Shown here in pieces: positions 50,758 through 59,285 of a stretch of DNA of 64,000 nucleotides (the stretch's first letter is position 1; each line of letters begins with the position of its first letter). Below the pieces are notes generated by a model that worked only from the letters and a program-made list of their open reading frames with translations, did not search any database and had not been told where the DNA came from. Both the position numbers and the translations under genes were made by a program. Source of the DNA: an uncultured Chloroflexia bacterium (GTDB lineage Bacteria > Chloroflexota > Dehalococcoidia > Dehalococcoidales > RBG-16-60-22); contig CAVSFE010000002.1 in NCBI GenBank assembly GCA_963727315.1, forward strand, positions 407,723-471,722, written 5' to 3'.

Positions 50758-50902
50758 CGATTTTTTTGGTGATCAGGGTTCTACTGGGAGGTTCTTCAAC
50801 TTCGCTTCGAGATAAGGTTTCCGTTGTCATTCTGGTAGTACCGGGGGTGGTGCGGGTTTTACTGGCCACCGATGACGTTTTCACTTTTCTTTTTTTTAAC
50901 AC
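50516..50902 (-). CDS. KamA-family aminomutase, N-terminal fragment
   Basis: ...SSWNDWKWHFRNRITSVDQLSRLVPLSIEEKEQIALVCQRYPLAITPYYLSLVNP is the typical KamA N-terminus. Removing the G at 50530 gives ...LVNPHDPNDPVRKQ... Confidence 0.75.
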   Translation of the reverse strand: MLKKRKVKTSSVASKTRTTPGTTRMTTETLSRSEVEEPPSRTLITKKIDDEPPGKSLAGRYRLFGNVPDSSWNDWKWHFRNRITSVDQLSRLVPLSIEEKEQIALVCQRYPLAITPYYLSLVNPARPQ

Positions 50903-50952
50903 TCCTTCTTAACTAAATTTGTTTTATCTGTAACGCTTTTTTCGCTAATTTC

Positions 50953-50981
50953 TTGTGCTAACTTGACATTCCTGTTATAAT
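50953..50981 (+). promoter_or_regulatory. putative promoter (TTGTGC - 17 nt - TATAAT)
   Basis: A perfect -10 hexamer at 50976-50981, in the divergent region between the kamA-like operon and the wHTH gene. Confidence 0.4.
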
Positions 50982-50985
50982 ATAT

Positions 50986-51001
50986 AGGAATTTTAATTCC
51001 T
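50986..51001. promoter_or_regulatory. 16-bp palindrome AGGAATT-TT-AATTCCT, candidate operator
   Basis: Perfect 7-bp arms, beginning 5 nt after the -10 hexamer. Confidence 0.35.
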
Positions 51002-51108
51002 AAATTTAATTATACAACTCCCTATAAAATTGTCAATAGATTTTTTAGATTATAACCGAAAAGATAAAAAATATTTTTAGGGAACATTGAGCGAAAGGAG
51101 GCGAGAGT

Positions 51109-51417
51109 ATGCCGGGATGGAAATTCCTGACCAATCATGCCATGGTACTCTGCCTCATCGCCCAGCATCCGCGCATCACCGCCCGTGAAATCGCTTCGAC
51201 GATAGGCATCACGGAAAAGGCCACGCGTAACATCATCAACGACCTCGAAGCGGACGGCTACGTCACGAAAAAGAGGGAAGGCCGGCGGATCAAATACAGC
51301 TTCGACCCCGACATGCCGCTGCGCAGCGAGACCCAGCAGGACAAGGCCATCGGCGACCTCCTGGAGACCCTCGGCTGGAAACGAAAAAGCCGGGCGAGGA
51401 AAGCCATCGCCGTTTAG
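51109..51417 (+). CDS. small winged-helix DNA-binding protein (MarR/ArsR-like)
   Basis: ...HPRITAREIASTIGITEKATRNIINDLEADGYVTKKREGRRIKY. RBS AAGGAGG. Confidence 0.65.
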   Translation: MPGWKFLTNHAMVLCLIAQHPRITAREIASTIGITEKATRNIINDLEADGYVTKKREGRRIKYSFDPDMPLRSETQQDKAIGDLLETLGWKRKSRARKAIAV

Positions 51418-51734
51418 GTTATCCCCCCTTCAGCCGAAAAGCCCCGGCCCTACCCCGACTATTTACAACCCCGACCCATCAGATACAATGAACATCTAGG
51501 TAAAGATATCCCTCATTTTGGAAAAACTCCGCTGTACAACGATAAAAGACTTGACAACTTTGTAATAGTATTATAAAGTTGACTAAATCCGCGCAAAGAA
51601 ACATCTTAAAAACGCCATCTCGACCGTACCATTAAGAATATAAAATATCAACAAAGCGGGAGGTGATATATAAGTAAAAGATATGGATAAAAAGGGAAAA
51701 GGGTATCCCAGAAAAACAGGAGGTTTATACAGGT

Positions 51735-53042
51735 ATGTGGAAAAGGTCCATTAAATATGCTTTACCATTGATAATTTGTCTCGTATTTTTAATTGCCTTT
51801 ATACCGGGCTGCAAAGAGGAGGCAACGACGACTCCTCCAGTTACCAGCCCCACCGTAACGGCGTCACCGTCTCCGACACCGCCAACGGCAAATGAAATCG
51901 TCATCGGGGCTTCGCGGGACATCACCGGGCCGATGGCCGGTTTCCAGGACTTTGGCTTTGCCGCCGTCTATAAGATGTGGGCGGCCGAAGTCAACGCCGC
52001 CGGCGGCATCAACGTGGCCGGGAAGAAACTCCCGGTCAGGATAATAGAGTACGATGACGGCTCCGACACAGCGAGAGTCGCCAGTAATATCGAGAAGCTG
52101 TGCACGCAGGACCATGTCAACTTCCTCTTCGGGCCTACCGGCACGACCCCGCTTTTCGCCGCGGCGCCTATCGCCAATAAATACAAGACGTTAATAATAT
52201 GCGGCGAAGGCGGCGCCACCACCCTCACGCCGAAGCTGCCCGGCCTGCCTTACGTCTTCTCCGTGTTGAACTACTCCGACCACTTCCAGCTACCCGTCTT
52301 CGCGCAAATCATGAAGGACGCGGGGGCCAAGACGGCATATATCTGCTGGCTGGAAAACCTGCACGGCGCCGAGTACAACCTTGTCGCCCAAACCGAGTTC
52401 CTTGCAAATGGCATCCAGATCGTGGGCGAGTCGAGCATACCGATTGATATCGCCGACATGGAGCCGATAATTAAACAAGCCCAGGCTTTGAATCCCGATA
52501 TCTTCTTCATGGACGCCTATCCGAACAATAATATCCTTTTCATGCAGACGGCCTTAGCGCTTAACTATAGCCCGAAAGCCATCCTGATCGGCCCGGGTTG
52601 CAACTTCGGGTTCTTCCCGCTCACGTTTGGCGCTGCTCTGGAGGATGTCTTCGGCGAGGGCGCCTGGAACCGGAAGAGCTCCGCCGCGGCTAACGCATTT
52701 GCGGACAAAATACTCGCCGTGGTAGGTTTACCGAATATGGACTGGTGGGGATCCATAGACTACTATGCTTCGCTACAGTTCTTCCAGCAGGCGATTGAGA
52801 AAGCCGCTTCCCTCGATAACGACAAGGTCCTGAAAGTGATGGAAACCGCACATTTTAACACTGTTCTGGGAGACTTTTATTGGGACTGCGCCGGCGGCGG
52901 CACAGGCGGTGGCCTGCTACCTCAGGCGGTCTACGCCGGACAAATCGGGCAGTGGCAGAACGGTATGTTTGAGGTCGTCGACCCCGGCGCCAAACGCACC
53001 GCAGCACCGATCTATCCCAAGCCGGCATGGCCAGCACCCTAG
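51735..53042 (+). CDS. ABC transporter substrate-binding lipoprotein, LivK/Peripla_BP_6 type
   Basis: Lipobox AFIPGCKE, a Thr/Pro linker, then ...IVIGASRDITGPMAG...KLPVRIIEYDDGSD... Confidence 0.8.
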   Translation: MWKRSIKYALPLIICLVFLIAFIPGCKEEATTTPPVTSPTVTASPSPTPPTANEIVIGASRDITGPMAGFQDFGFAAVYKMWAAEVNAAGGINVAGKKLPVRIIEYDDGSDTARVASNIEKLCTQDHVNFLFGPTGTTPLFAAAPIANKYKTLIICGEGGATTLTPKLPGLPYVFSVLNYSDHFQLPVFAQIMKDAGAKTAYICWLENLHGAEYNLVAQTEFLANGIQIVGESSIPIDIADMEPIIKQAQALNPDIFFMDAYPNNNILFMQTALALNYSPKAILIGPGCNFGFFPLTFGAALEDVFGEGAWNRKSSAAANAFADKILAVVGLPNMDWWGSIDYYASLQFFQQAIEKAASLDNDKVLKVMETAHFNTVLGDFYWDCAGGGTGGGLLPQAVYAGQIGQWQNGMFEVVDPGAKRTAAPIYPKPAWPAP

Positions 53043-53219
53043 TGTATAAACGCATAACGGTAAACAGGTTAAAATAAACAATAGCAGGCTGTCTGGGGGT
53101 CATACGGCGGGGGTTTATCCCCCGCCGGTATCCTCTGAAAAAGATACCTTGCGCGGCCTTCAGCCAGCCTGCTGGTGTAAAATGGTCAATATACGACCCG
53201 TACTCGGGAAGCTAACTTA

Positions 53220-54089
53220 ATGGAGCAATTTCTTAATATATTCCTTGGCGGCTTGTTTATCGGCGGCATCTATTCGCTGGTATCCGTAGGGCTCACCCTG
53301 CAATATGGCGTCGCCAGGGTGCTGAATATCGCCCACGGCGAATTTTTGATGTTCGGGGCTTTCATTACCTTCACGCTGCAGCAACACGGCGTTGACCCAC
53401 TGGTTACCATTCTCATAGTTGGCCCGGTGATGTTTATCGTAGGATTTATCCTGTACCGTACAGTGTTTACGACTATCAGGATAAAATCTCCCAACCCCGG
53501 AGTTTTTGAAAGTAATGGGCTGCTGGCCGCCTTCGGACTCTATTTTATCGTGCAAAATATCGCGATTATCGTGCCGGCCTGGGGCACGAGACCACATAGT
53601 TACGCATATCTATCGAGCGGAGTAAATATCGACGGGACACAATTTACCCTAAATCGGATTGTCGCCGCGGCATTTGCCGTGGCGGTTGGTATAATATTTT
53701 ACCTGTTTTTAGAGCGCACCCGCACCGGCAAGGCTATCAGGGCAGCAGCCCAAGACGCCACCACTGCCGGGTTGATGGGGGTCAATATTAACTACACACT
53801 GGCATTGTGTTTCGGCTTCGGCGCCGCCATGTCGGGCATCGCCGGCGCGCTTATCAGCATCTGTTATCCGATAAACACAGTCATGGGCCTGGGATATACC
53901 GTCATCTCCATCGTCGTCGTTACACTGGGCGGGCTGGGAAGTATCCCGGGCAGCTTTATCGGGGGCTTTATCCTGGGTATCATCGGCACGTGGGTTACAT
54001 ATCTGCAGCCGGCATTGACCATAGCTTCTTATTATGTAATATTTATAATTTTACTGCTGCTGCGGCCGAAGGGACTCCTGGGGAAGTAG
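53220..54089 (+). CDS. livH: branched-chain amino acid ABC transporter permease (LivH-like)
   Basis: 289 aa, polytopic. ...VLNIAHGEFLMFGAF... is the typical LivH motif. Confidence 0.8.
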   Translation: MEQFLNIFLGGLFIGGIYSLVSVGLTLQYGVARVLNIAHGEFLMFGAFITFTLQQHGVDPLVTILIVGPVMFIVGFILYRTVFTTIRIKSPNPGVFESNGLLAAFGLYFIVQNIAIIVPAWGTRPHSYAYLSSGVNIDGTQFTLNRIVAAAFAVAVGIIFYLFLERTRTGKAIRAAAQDATTAGLMGVNINYTLALCFGFGAAMSGIAGALISICYPINTVMGLGYTVISIVVVTLGGLGSIPGSFIGGFILGIIGTWVTYLQPALTIASYYVIFIILLLLRPKGLLGK

Positions 54090-54092
54090 AGA

Positions 54093-55055
54093 ATGGACTT
54101 TAGCAAGATAAACTGGAAACAGGCGGCCAATAAAGCGGGAATACCGCTAGTAATCCTAGTCATACTGGGTTTCCTGCCTTTATACGGCTGGGCGTATGGC
54201 GTTACGCTATTCTCATACTTTCTTTTATATATTATCCTGACCATCAGCTGGGTCATTTTCTCCGGCACCACCGGCTATATCTCGCTGGCGTCAGCCGCGT
54301 TTTACGGCATCGGTATATACGCGGCGGCGTTATTAGGAGGGAAAATACCGTTAATCTTCGTGGTCTTTATCGCAGGCATCGCCAGTTTCGTCATCGCTTT
54401 CCTCGTCGGGGCAATAACACTGAGACTCAAGGGCATCTATTTCGCCATGTTTACCTTCGGCCTGGTACTGCTCGTGAAGGAGATAATTTTATTCTGGGAA
54501 ACCGCTGTCAATCACACCGTCGGCAGGTTCGTCATACTGGAAAGCAACAATGCCATTTACTATTATTTCCTGGGCATCGCCGCCGTCACGATGGTTATGG
54601 CCTACCTGATAAGAAAGTCGAAATACGGGCTGGCGTTGCAAAGTATCGGGGAGAATGAAGAAGCGGCCGCGCATGCCGGCATCAATGTGACCATGGTCAA
54701 GATTATCATCTACGCCATAAGCGCGATATTTATGGGTGCGGCGGGGGTCATCATGGCGACAAAACTGACTTATGTCGACCCGGATGTCGCCTTTAACCCC
54801 ATGATGTCTTTCAACCCGGTGCTGATGGCTATTTTCGGCGGGATGGGGAATTTTTATGGGCCGGTTATCGGCGCAGTAATGTTCAGCTATATCCAGGAAC
54901 TATTACAGACGGGCGTCTGGAGCAAATACTATAGGCTCATTTTTGGCGCCATCCTGGTAGCTACAATACTATATCTGCCCAGCGGGCTGATGGGGCTAAT
55001 TCAGAATCTATGGAATCGAATTACGGGAGCGAGACGTGCACTTACTCGAGGGTGA
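54093..55055 (+). CDS. livM: branched-chain amino acid ABC transporter permease (LivM-like)
   Basis: 320 aa, polytopic. ...GYISLASAAFYGIGIY... Confidence 0.8.
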   Translation: MDFSKINWKQAANKAGIPLVILVILGFLPLYGWAYGVTLFSYFLLYIILTISWVIFSGTTGYISLASAAFYGIGIYAAALLGGKIPLIFVVFIAGIASFVIAFLVGAITLRLKGIYFAMFTFGLVLLVKEIILFWETAVNHTVGRFVILESNNAIYYYFLGIAAVTMVMAYLIRKSKYGLALQSIGENEEAAAHAGINVTMVKIIIYAISAIFMGAAGVIMATKLTYVDPDVAFNPMMSFNPVLMAIFGGMGNFYGPVIGAVMFSYIQELLQTGVWSKYYRLIFGAILVATILYLPSGLMGLIQNLWNRITGARRALTRG

Positions 55056-55773
55056 AAACGTCACCAAAAATTTTGGCGGCCTGGCGGCCGTATCAGCCGT
55101 GGACTTCTTCGTCGACGAGGGAGAGATAGTCGGCCTTATCGGTCCTAACGGCGCCGGTAAGACAACGCTATTCAATTTAATATCCGCGGCGCTCAACCCC
55201 AAACCGGGAGAAATAAGATTCAAAGGCAAAAAAATCAACGGCCTGAACCCGTACCAGATCTGCCGGCTGGGTATCGCCAGGACTTTCCAGACCGTAAAAA
55301 TATTCAGCAGTATGTCCGTGATTGATAACGTGCGGATAGGCTCGCTTTTCGGGGCGCAAAAGAGGCTTTCAGCCAAGGAGGCTAACAACGCAGCCATCGA
55401 GTCGCTGGAATTCGTAGGGCTAGCGGACGCGGCGCAGGCGCCCGCCCGGGACCTGACGCTGTCGTCGCAGAAACGTCTCGAAGTCGCCAGGGCCCTCGCC
55501 ACCAAACCCGCCCTTTTACTGCTCGATGAAATCATGGCCGGGCTCAATCAGACCGAACTTAACCAGGCCATGGAGCTGGTAAAAAAAATACAGGGCAAAG
55601 GCATTACCGTTATCATGATTGAGCATGTTATGAAGGCAATCATGAATATCTGCAGCCGGATTATCGTGTTACATCACGGCCAGAAAATCGCCGAGGGGAC
55701 CCCTCAAGAGGTGGCCAACAGTAAAACAGTCATCGAGGTATATCTGGGAGTGCAATCCAATGCTGGAAGTTAA
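55036..55773 (+). CDS. livG: ABC transporter ATP-binding protein (LivG-like)
   Basis: GTG start. Walker A GPNGAGKTT, signature LSSQKRLEVARAL, Walker B LLLLDE. Confidence 0.85.
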   Translation: MHLLEGENVTKNFGGLAAVSAVDFFVDEGEIVGLIGPNGAGKTTLFNLISAALNPKPGEIRFKGKKINGLNPYQICRLGIARTFQTVKIFSSMSVIDNVRIGSLFGAQKRLSAKEANNAAIESLEFVGLADAAQAPARDLTLSSQKRLEVARALATKPALLLLDEIMAGLNQTELNQAMELVKKIQGKGITVIMIEHVMKAIMNICSRIIVLHHGQKIAEGTPQEVANSKTVIEVYLGVQSNAGS

Positions 55774-56464
55774 GAACGTAAACGTTTTTTATGGCCAGAT
55801 ACAGGTACTCTGGGACGTCAGCCTGAAGGTTGACAAGGGAGAGATTGTGGCCATCATCGGCGCCAACGGGGCCGGCAAATCGACCCTAGTCAATGCTATC
55901 ACCGGTCTTTTACGCATCACATCCGGCGAAATCATCTTCCTGGACAAAAGAATCGACCGGTTGCCGCCGTACGCTATCACGGAACTCGGCATCTCTCATA
56001 TACCGGAGGGGAGAAAGCTATTCACAGAAATGAGCGTCAGCGAGAACCTCGAGATGGGCGCATATTCGAGAATAGCCTGGAAAAACAAACAAAAAACGAT
56101 CGAGGAAGTCTATCAGCTATTCCCCAGTTTAAAAGAAAGAAGACATCAACTGGCCCGCACGTTGAGCGGCGGAGAGCAGCAAATGGTGGCGATGGGGCGC
56201 GGCCTCATGTCCCGGCCCAAACTGTGCATCATCGATGAGCCCTCCAACGGACTGGCCCCGCTAGTGGTGATGGAGGTCTTCCAGATAATCAAGAGGCTCC
56301 GCGAGAGCGGGATAACGATTTTGCTCATCGAACAAAACGTAAAACAAACCCTGGAGACATCCGATAGGGCTTACGTGCTGGAAAACGGCCGGGTGGTAAT
56401 CGAAGGCCCCTGCGCGATGTGTCTAGAGCACGAACATATCAGAAAAGCTTACATGGGGCTGTAA
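55760..56464 (+). CDS. livF: ABC transporter ATP-binding protein (LivF-like)
   Basis: Walker A GANGAGKST, signature LSGGEQQMVAMGRGL, Walker B LCIIDEPS. Confidence 0.85.
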   Translation: MLEVKNVNVFYGQIQVLWDVSLKVDKGEIVAIIGANGAGKSTLVNAITGLLRITSGEIIFLDKRIDRLPPYAITELGISHIPEGRKLFTEMSVSENLEMGAYSRIAWKNKQKTIEEVYQLFPSLKERRHQLARTLSGGEQQMVAMGRGLMSRPKLCIIDEPSNGLAPLVVMEVFQIIKRLRESGITILLIEQNVKQTLETSDRAYVLENGRVVIEGPCAMCLEHEHIRKAYMGL

Positions 56465-56604
56465 GATAAGCGCAAAACTCAAAGCTGTGGTTTTAGTTTT
56501 AAGTTTTGACTTCCAGGCTTAATTCTTTTTAATTAATTTTACCCTTTAATCCCTATGTTATATAATGATACCTGCGAATCAACTATAAATCACAGGAGGT
56601 AATA

Positions 56605-57369
56605 ATGGACTTAGGTTTAAAAGGCAAGGTAGCCCTGGTCACCGGGGCCGGCAGCCAGATAGGCTTTGGGAAGCAGATAGCGCTACTGCTGGCAAAAGAG
56701 GGATGCGACGCCGTGGCTGTTACGGACATCGTCGATGATGTGAAACTCACGGCGGAAGAAATAAAGAAACTCGGCAAGAAATCTATTGCCGTTAAAGCAG
56801 ACATCACCAATCCGTCCGATGTTAGTGCATTGATAAAGAAGGTCATTGATGAATATAAAAAAATAGACATACTGTGCAATGTTGCCGGAGGCATTGCCAG
56901 CCGGGTGCCCTACGACAAAGCAAAACCGGAGGACTGGGACAAGGATATCCGGCTCAATCTCTACAGTATCATGCTCACCTGCCAGGGTGTGCTCCCTGAT
57001 ATGAAGGAAAAGAAAAGCGGCTCCATCGTTAATATCGGCTCGGGGAGCACGCGGATGTACGGCCACGGCGCGGGCAACGCATATGCCATCGCCAAAGCCG
57101 GAGTGGATAACTTTACGAAACAGCTTGCCTTTAACGAAGCCAAGAACGGCATCCGCTGCAACTGCGTCGCCCCCGGCCCCGCCCCGACTAATTTCATACC
57201 GGGCCCGGACAAAAAAGCGATAATAGACATGTTGGCCAAGACGATCCCCATGGGCCGAGGCGCCACCCAGGCCGATATCGCTAATGCCGCGGTATTCTTC
57301 GCCTCCGACCTGTCCAGCTATATTACCGGCCAGGTGCTGCATGTTTCCGGCGGCTCGGTATTGGACTAA
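56605..57369 (+). CDS. SDR family oxidoreductase (tandem paralog 1)
   Basis: VTGAGSQIGFGK and YAIAK. Confidence 0.85.
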   Translation: MDLGLKGKVALVTGAGSQIGFGKQIALLLAKEGCDAVAVTDIVDDVKLTAEEIKKLGKKSIAVKADITNPSDVSALIKKVIDEYKKIDILCNVAGGIASRVPYDKAKPEDWDKDIRLNLYSIMLTCQGVLPDMKEKKSGSIVNIGSGSTRMYGHGAGNAYAIAKAGVDNFTKQLAFNEAKNGIRCNCVAPGPAPTNFIPGPDKKAIIDMLAKTIPMGRGATQADIANAAVFFASDLSSYITGQVLHVSGGSVLD

Positions 57370-57401
57370 CAAATTTTTTACTAATATTACTGGAGGTTGA
57401 G

Positions 57402-58199
57402 ATGGACCTCGGATTTAAAGGCAAAATAGCCCTGGTAACCGGCGCCGGCAGCCAGATAGGCTTCGGCAGGGAGATATCGCTCCTCCTCGCCAAAGAAGGG
57501 TGTGAAGCCATCGTCGTCACCGATATTGATATGGAAGGCGTCCAAAAAACGGCGGACGCGGTGAAGAAACTCAGCCGAAAATCCACAGCCATCCGGGCGG
57601 ATATCACGAAAAAACCCGAAGTAGATGCCATGGTCGAGAAGGCGATTAACGAGTACAAAAAAATCGATATCCTCTGCAACGTGGCCGGCGCCATCCTTCA
57701 CAAGGACTATGTGCCACTGGACGAGCAGAAATATGAAACCTGGTCCAGGCAGATGGACATCAACCTTTTCGGCACCATGTACGTCACGCGGGCGGTTCTT
57801 CCCCACATGAGAAAGCAGAAGCACGGCGTTATCGTGAATATAGGTTCCGGCAGCACCCACCAGTACTCTTTCGGCGTGGCTGTTTACGCTATATCAAAAT
57901 ACGCTATCGACCTGTTCACCAAGCAGCTGGCCTACCAGGAAGGGAAGAACGGCATACGTTGCAACTGTATCGCCCCCGGACCGGCGCCAACTAACTTCGG
58001 GGCCGTTCTCAGGGAAGGCATGCCCCCACCCCCTCCGGAACAGTACACAAAAATGCGGGAAGCCATGCTGGCCGGCTTCCCTCTCGGTAGGTTGGGCACA
58101 CCAACGGATATCGCGAATATCACCGTTATCATGGCATCGGACATGACCAACTACATCACCGGGCAGGTAATAAATGTCTCGGGCGGCAACGTGATGTAA
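57402..58199 (+). CDS. SDR family oxidoreductase (tandem paralog 2)
   Basis: VTGAGSQIGFGR and YAISK. It has the same N-terminus as the previous gene. Confidence 0.85.
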   Translation: MDLGFKGKIALVTGAGSQIGFGREISLLLAKEGCEAIVVTDIDMEGVQKTADAVKKLSRKSTAIRADITKKPEVDAMVEKAINEYKKIDILCNVAGAILHKDYVPLDEQKYETWSRQMDINLFGTMYVTRAVLPHMRKQKHGVIVNIGSGSTHQYSFGVAVYAISKYAIDLFTKQLAYQEGKNGIRCNCIAPGPAPTNFGAVLREGMPPPPPEQYTKMREAMLAGFPLGRLGTPTDIANITVIMASDMTNYITGQVINVSGGNVM

Positions 58200-58250
58200 A
58201 AAGCAGGTCATAGTACTTAAATCATAGAGAGAGTTACAGCGAAAACCGAC

Positions 58251-58280
58251 TTGACAATTTTTCGGGGTTGTGGATAAAAT
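58251..58280 (+). promoter_or_regulatory. strong sigma70-like promoter (TTGACA - 18 nt - TAAAAT)
   Basis: The -35 hexamer is perfect and the -10 is 5/6. No protein gene follows before the terminator at 58509. Confidence 0.5.
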
Positions 58281-58287
58281 CTAATGA

Positions 58288-58542
58288 AGCTCGCGGCACA
58301 ACCTGAATAAGCTTCGGGGAGGTGTACAGTGAAGCTTCATGAGCTATTTGGAGTATGGCAGGTGGACTTATGACGCCCTGCCTTGAGTGGGGCGGATAGG
58401 AAGCGGCCTCGTCTCGTAGAAAAACTGGAAGCCGGTCCGACTGAGTCGGACGCCCAGAATGGTGGTGATCACCGAAAGTGAGTCGGGTCCGTACACGTTA
58501 AAGTGTGAGTGGAGGTCGTTTGAAAAAGCGACCTCCACTTTT
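58288..58542 (+). ncRNA. candidate structured small RNA or leader of unknown class (~250 nt)
   Basis: It is bounded by the promoter above and a strong terminator. Several local hairpins are present (AAGCTTC...GAAGCTT, GGCAGG...CCTGCC, GTCCGAC-TGA-GTCGGAC). The only long ORF over it (58459..58701) runs through the terminator and looks spurious. Confidence 0.35.
58509..58542 (+). terminator. rho-independent terminator
   Basis: GTGGAGGTCGTTT-GAAA-AAGCGACCTCCAC is a 13-bp stem with a GAAA tetraloop, followed by TTTT. Confidence 0.75.
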
Positions 58543-58549
58543 CATAGGC

Positions 58550-58579
58550 TTGACAGCCTGCGGGGCGCAAACCTAGAAT
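58550..58579 (+). promoter_or_regulatory. putative promoter of rpe (TTGACA - 18 nt - TAGAAT)
   Basis: Consensus-like hexamers about 45 nt upstream of the rpe start. Confidence 0.4.
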
Positions 58580-58621
58580 ATCGGCAACAGAAGCCCCCGA
58601 TGGATCCTTCAAGGAGGCGCC

Positions 58622-59275
58622 ATGAGCCACCCAATCCGGATAGTGCCGGCGATTCTCACCGACGACCCCGAGGCACTGGCAAAACTGGTCCGCCAGGCTG
58701 AGACCTTTACCGACTATGTCCAGTTCGACGTCATGGATGGGGATTTTGTCCCTTCGCGGAGCGTTTCCTGCCAGCAGATAGCCGGACTGAAAACCAGATT
58801 AAAATGGGAGGCGCATCTAATGGTACGGCACCCGGAGGACTGCCTGGAAGACTTCCGGAAAGCCGGCGCCCGGAAAATAGTCTTCCACTACGAAGCCACG
58901 CCCGACCCGTTGAAAATCATCCGAAAAATCAAGAAACTCGGCATGAAGGCGGGACTGGCGGTCAACCCCGAAACGCCCGTGGCGGCCATAAAACCGCTGG
59001 TAAAGGATTCAGATAGCGTGCTTTTCCTTTCGGTCGACCCCGGTTTTTACGGCGCCAAGTTCATCCCGGAAGTCCTGGATAAAATAACCGCCTTCCGTAA
59101 ACTCTACCCGGAGAAGGACACCGGAATTGACGGCGGGGTCAAGGAAAGCAACATCGGGCAAATCGCCCGCACGGGCGTCGGCGTAATATACGTCGGCAGC
59201 GCTATCTTCTTACAGCCGGACCCCGCCGCGAGCTACCGCCGCCTCAAAAAGCTGGCCGAACCCGGCCCGACTTAA
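58622..59275 (+). CDS. rpe: ribulose-phosphate 3-epimerase family protein
   Basis: IVPAILT...VQFDVMDGDFVP...HLMV...GLAVNP...VDPGF...GIDGGV. RBS AAGGAGG. Confidence 0.8.
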   Translation: MSHPIRIVPAILTDDPEALAKLVRQAETFTDYVQFDVMDGDFVPSRSVSCQQIAGLKTRLKWEAHLMVRHPEDCLEDFRKAGARKIVFHYEATPDPLKIIRKIKKLGMKAGLAVNPETPVAAIKPLVKDSDSVLFLSVDPGFYGAKFIPEVLDKITAFRKLYPEKDTGIDGGVKESNIGQIARTGVGVIYVGSAIFLQPDPAASYRRLKKLAEPGPT

Positions 59276-59285
59276 AAAGTCCCGG

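Noticed and set aside
58288-58542. Assignment of the candidate RNA to a known class: T-box (because of AATGGTGGTGATCACCG), TPP, ykkC/guanidine, ZTP, yybP, SRP, 6S, RNase P or tmRNA.
   Set aside because: None of the remembered core consensus elements is present. The T-box-like GGTGGT does not overlap the terminator 5' strand, as a T-box antiterminator must. The downstream gene (rpe) fits none of these regulons. It is left as an unknown class.
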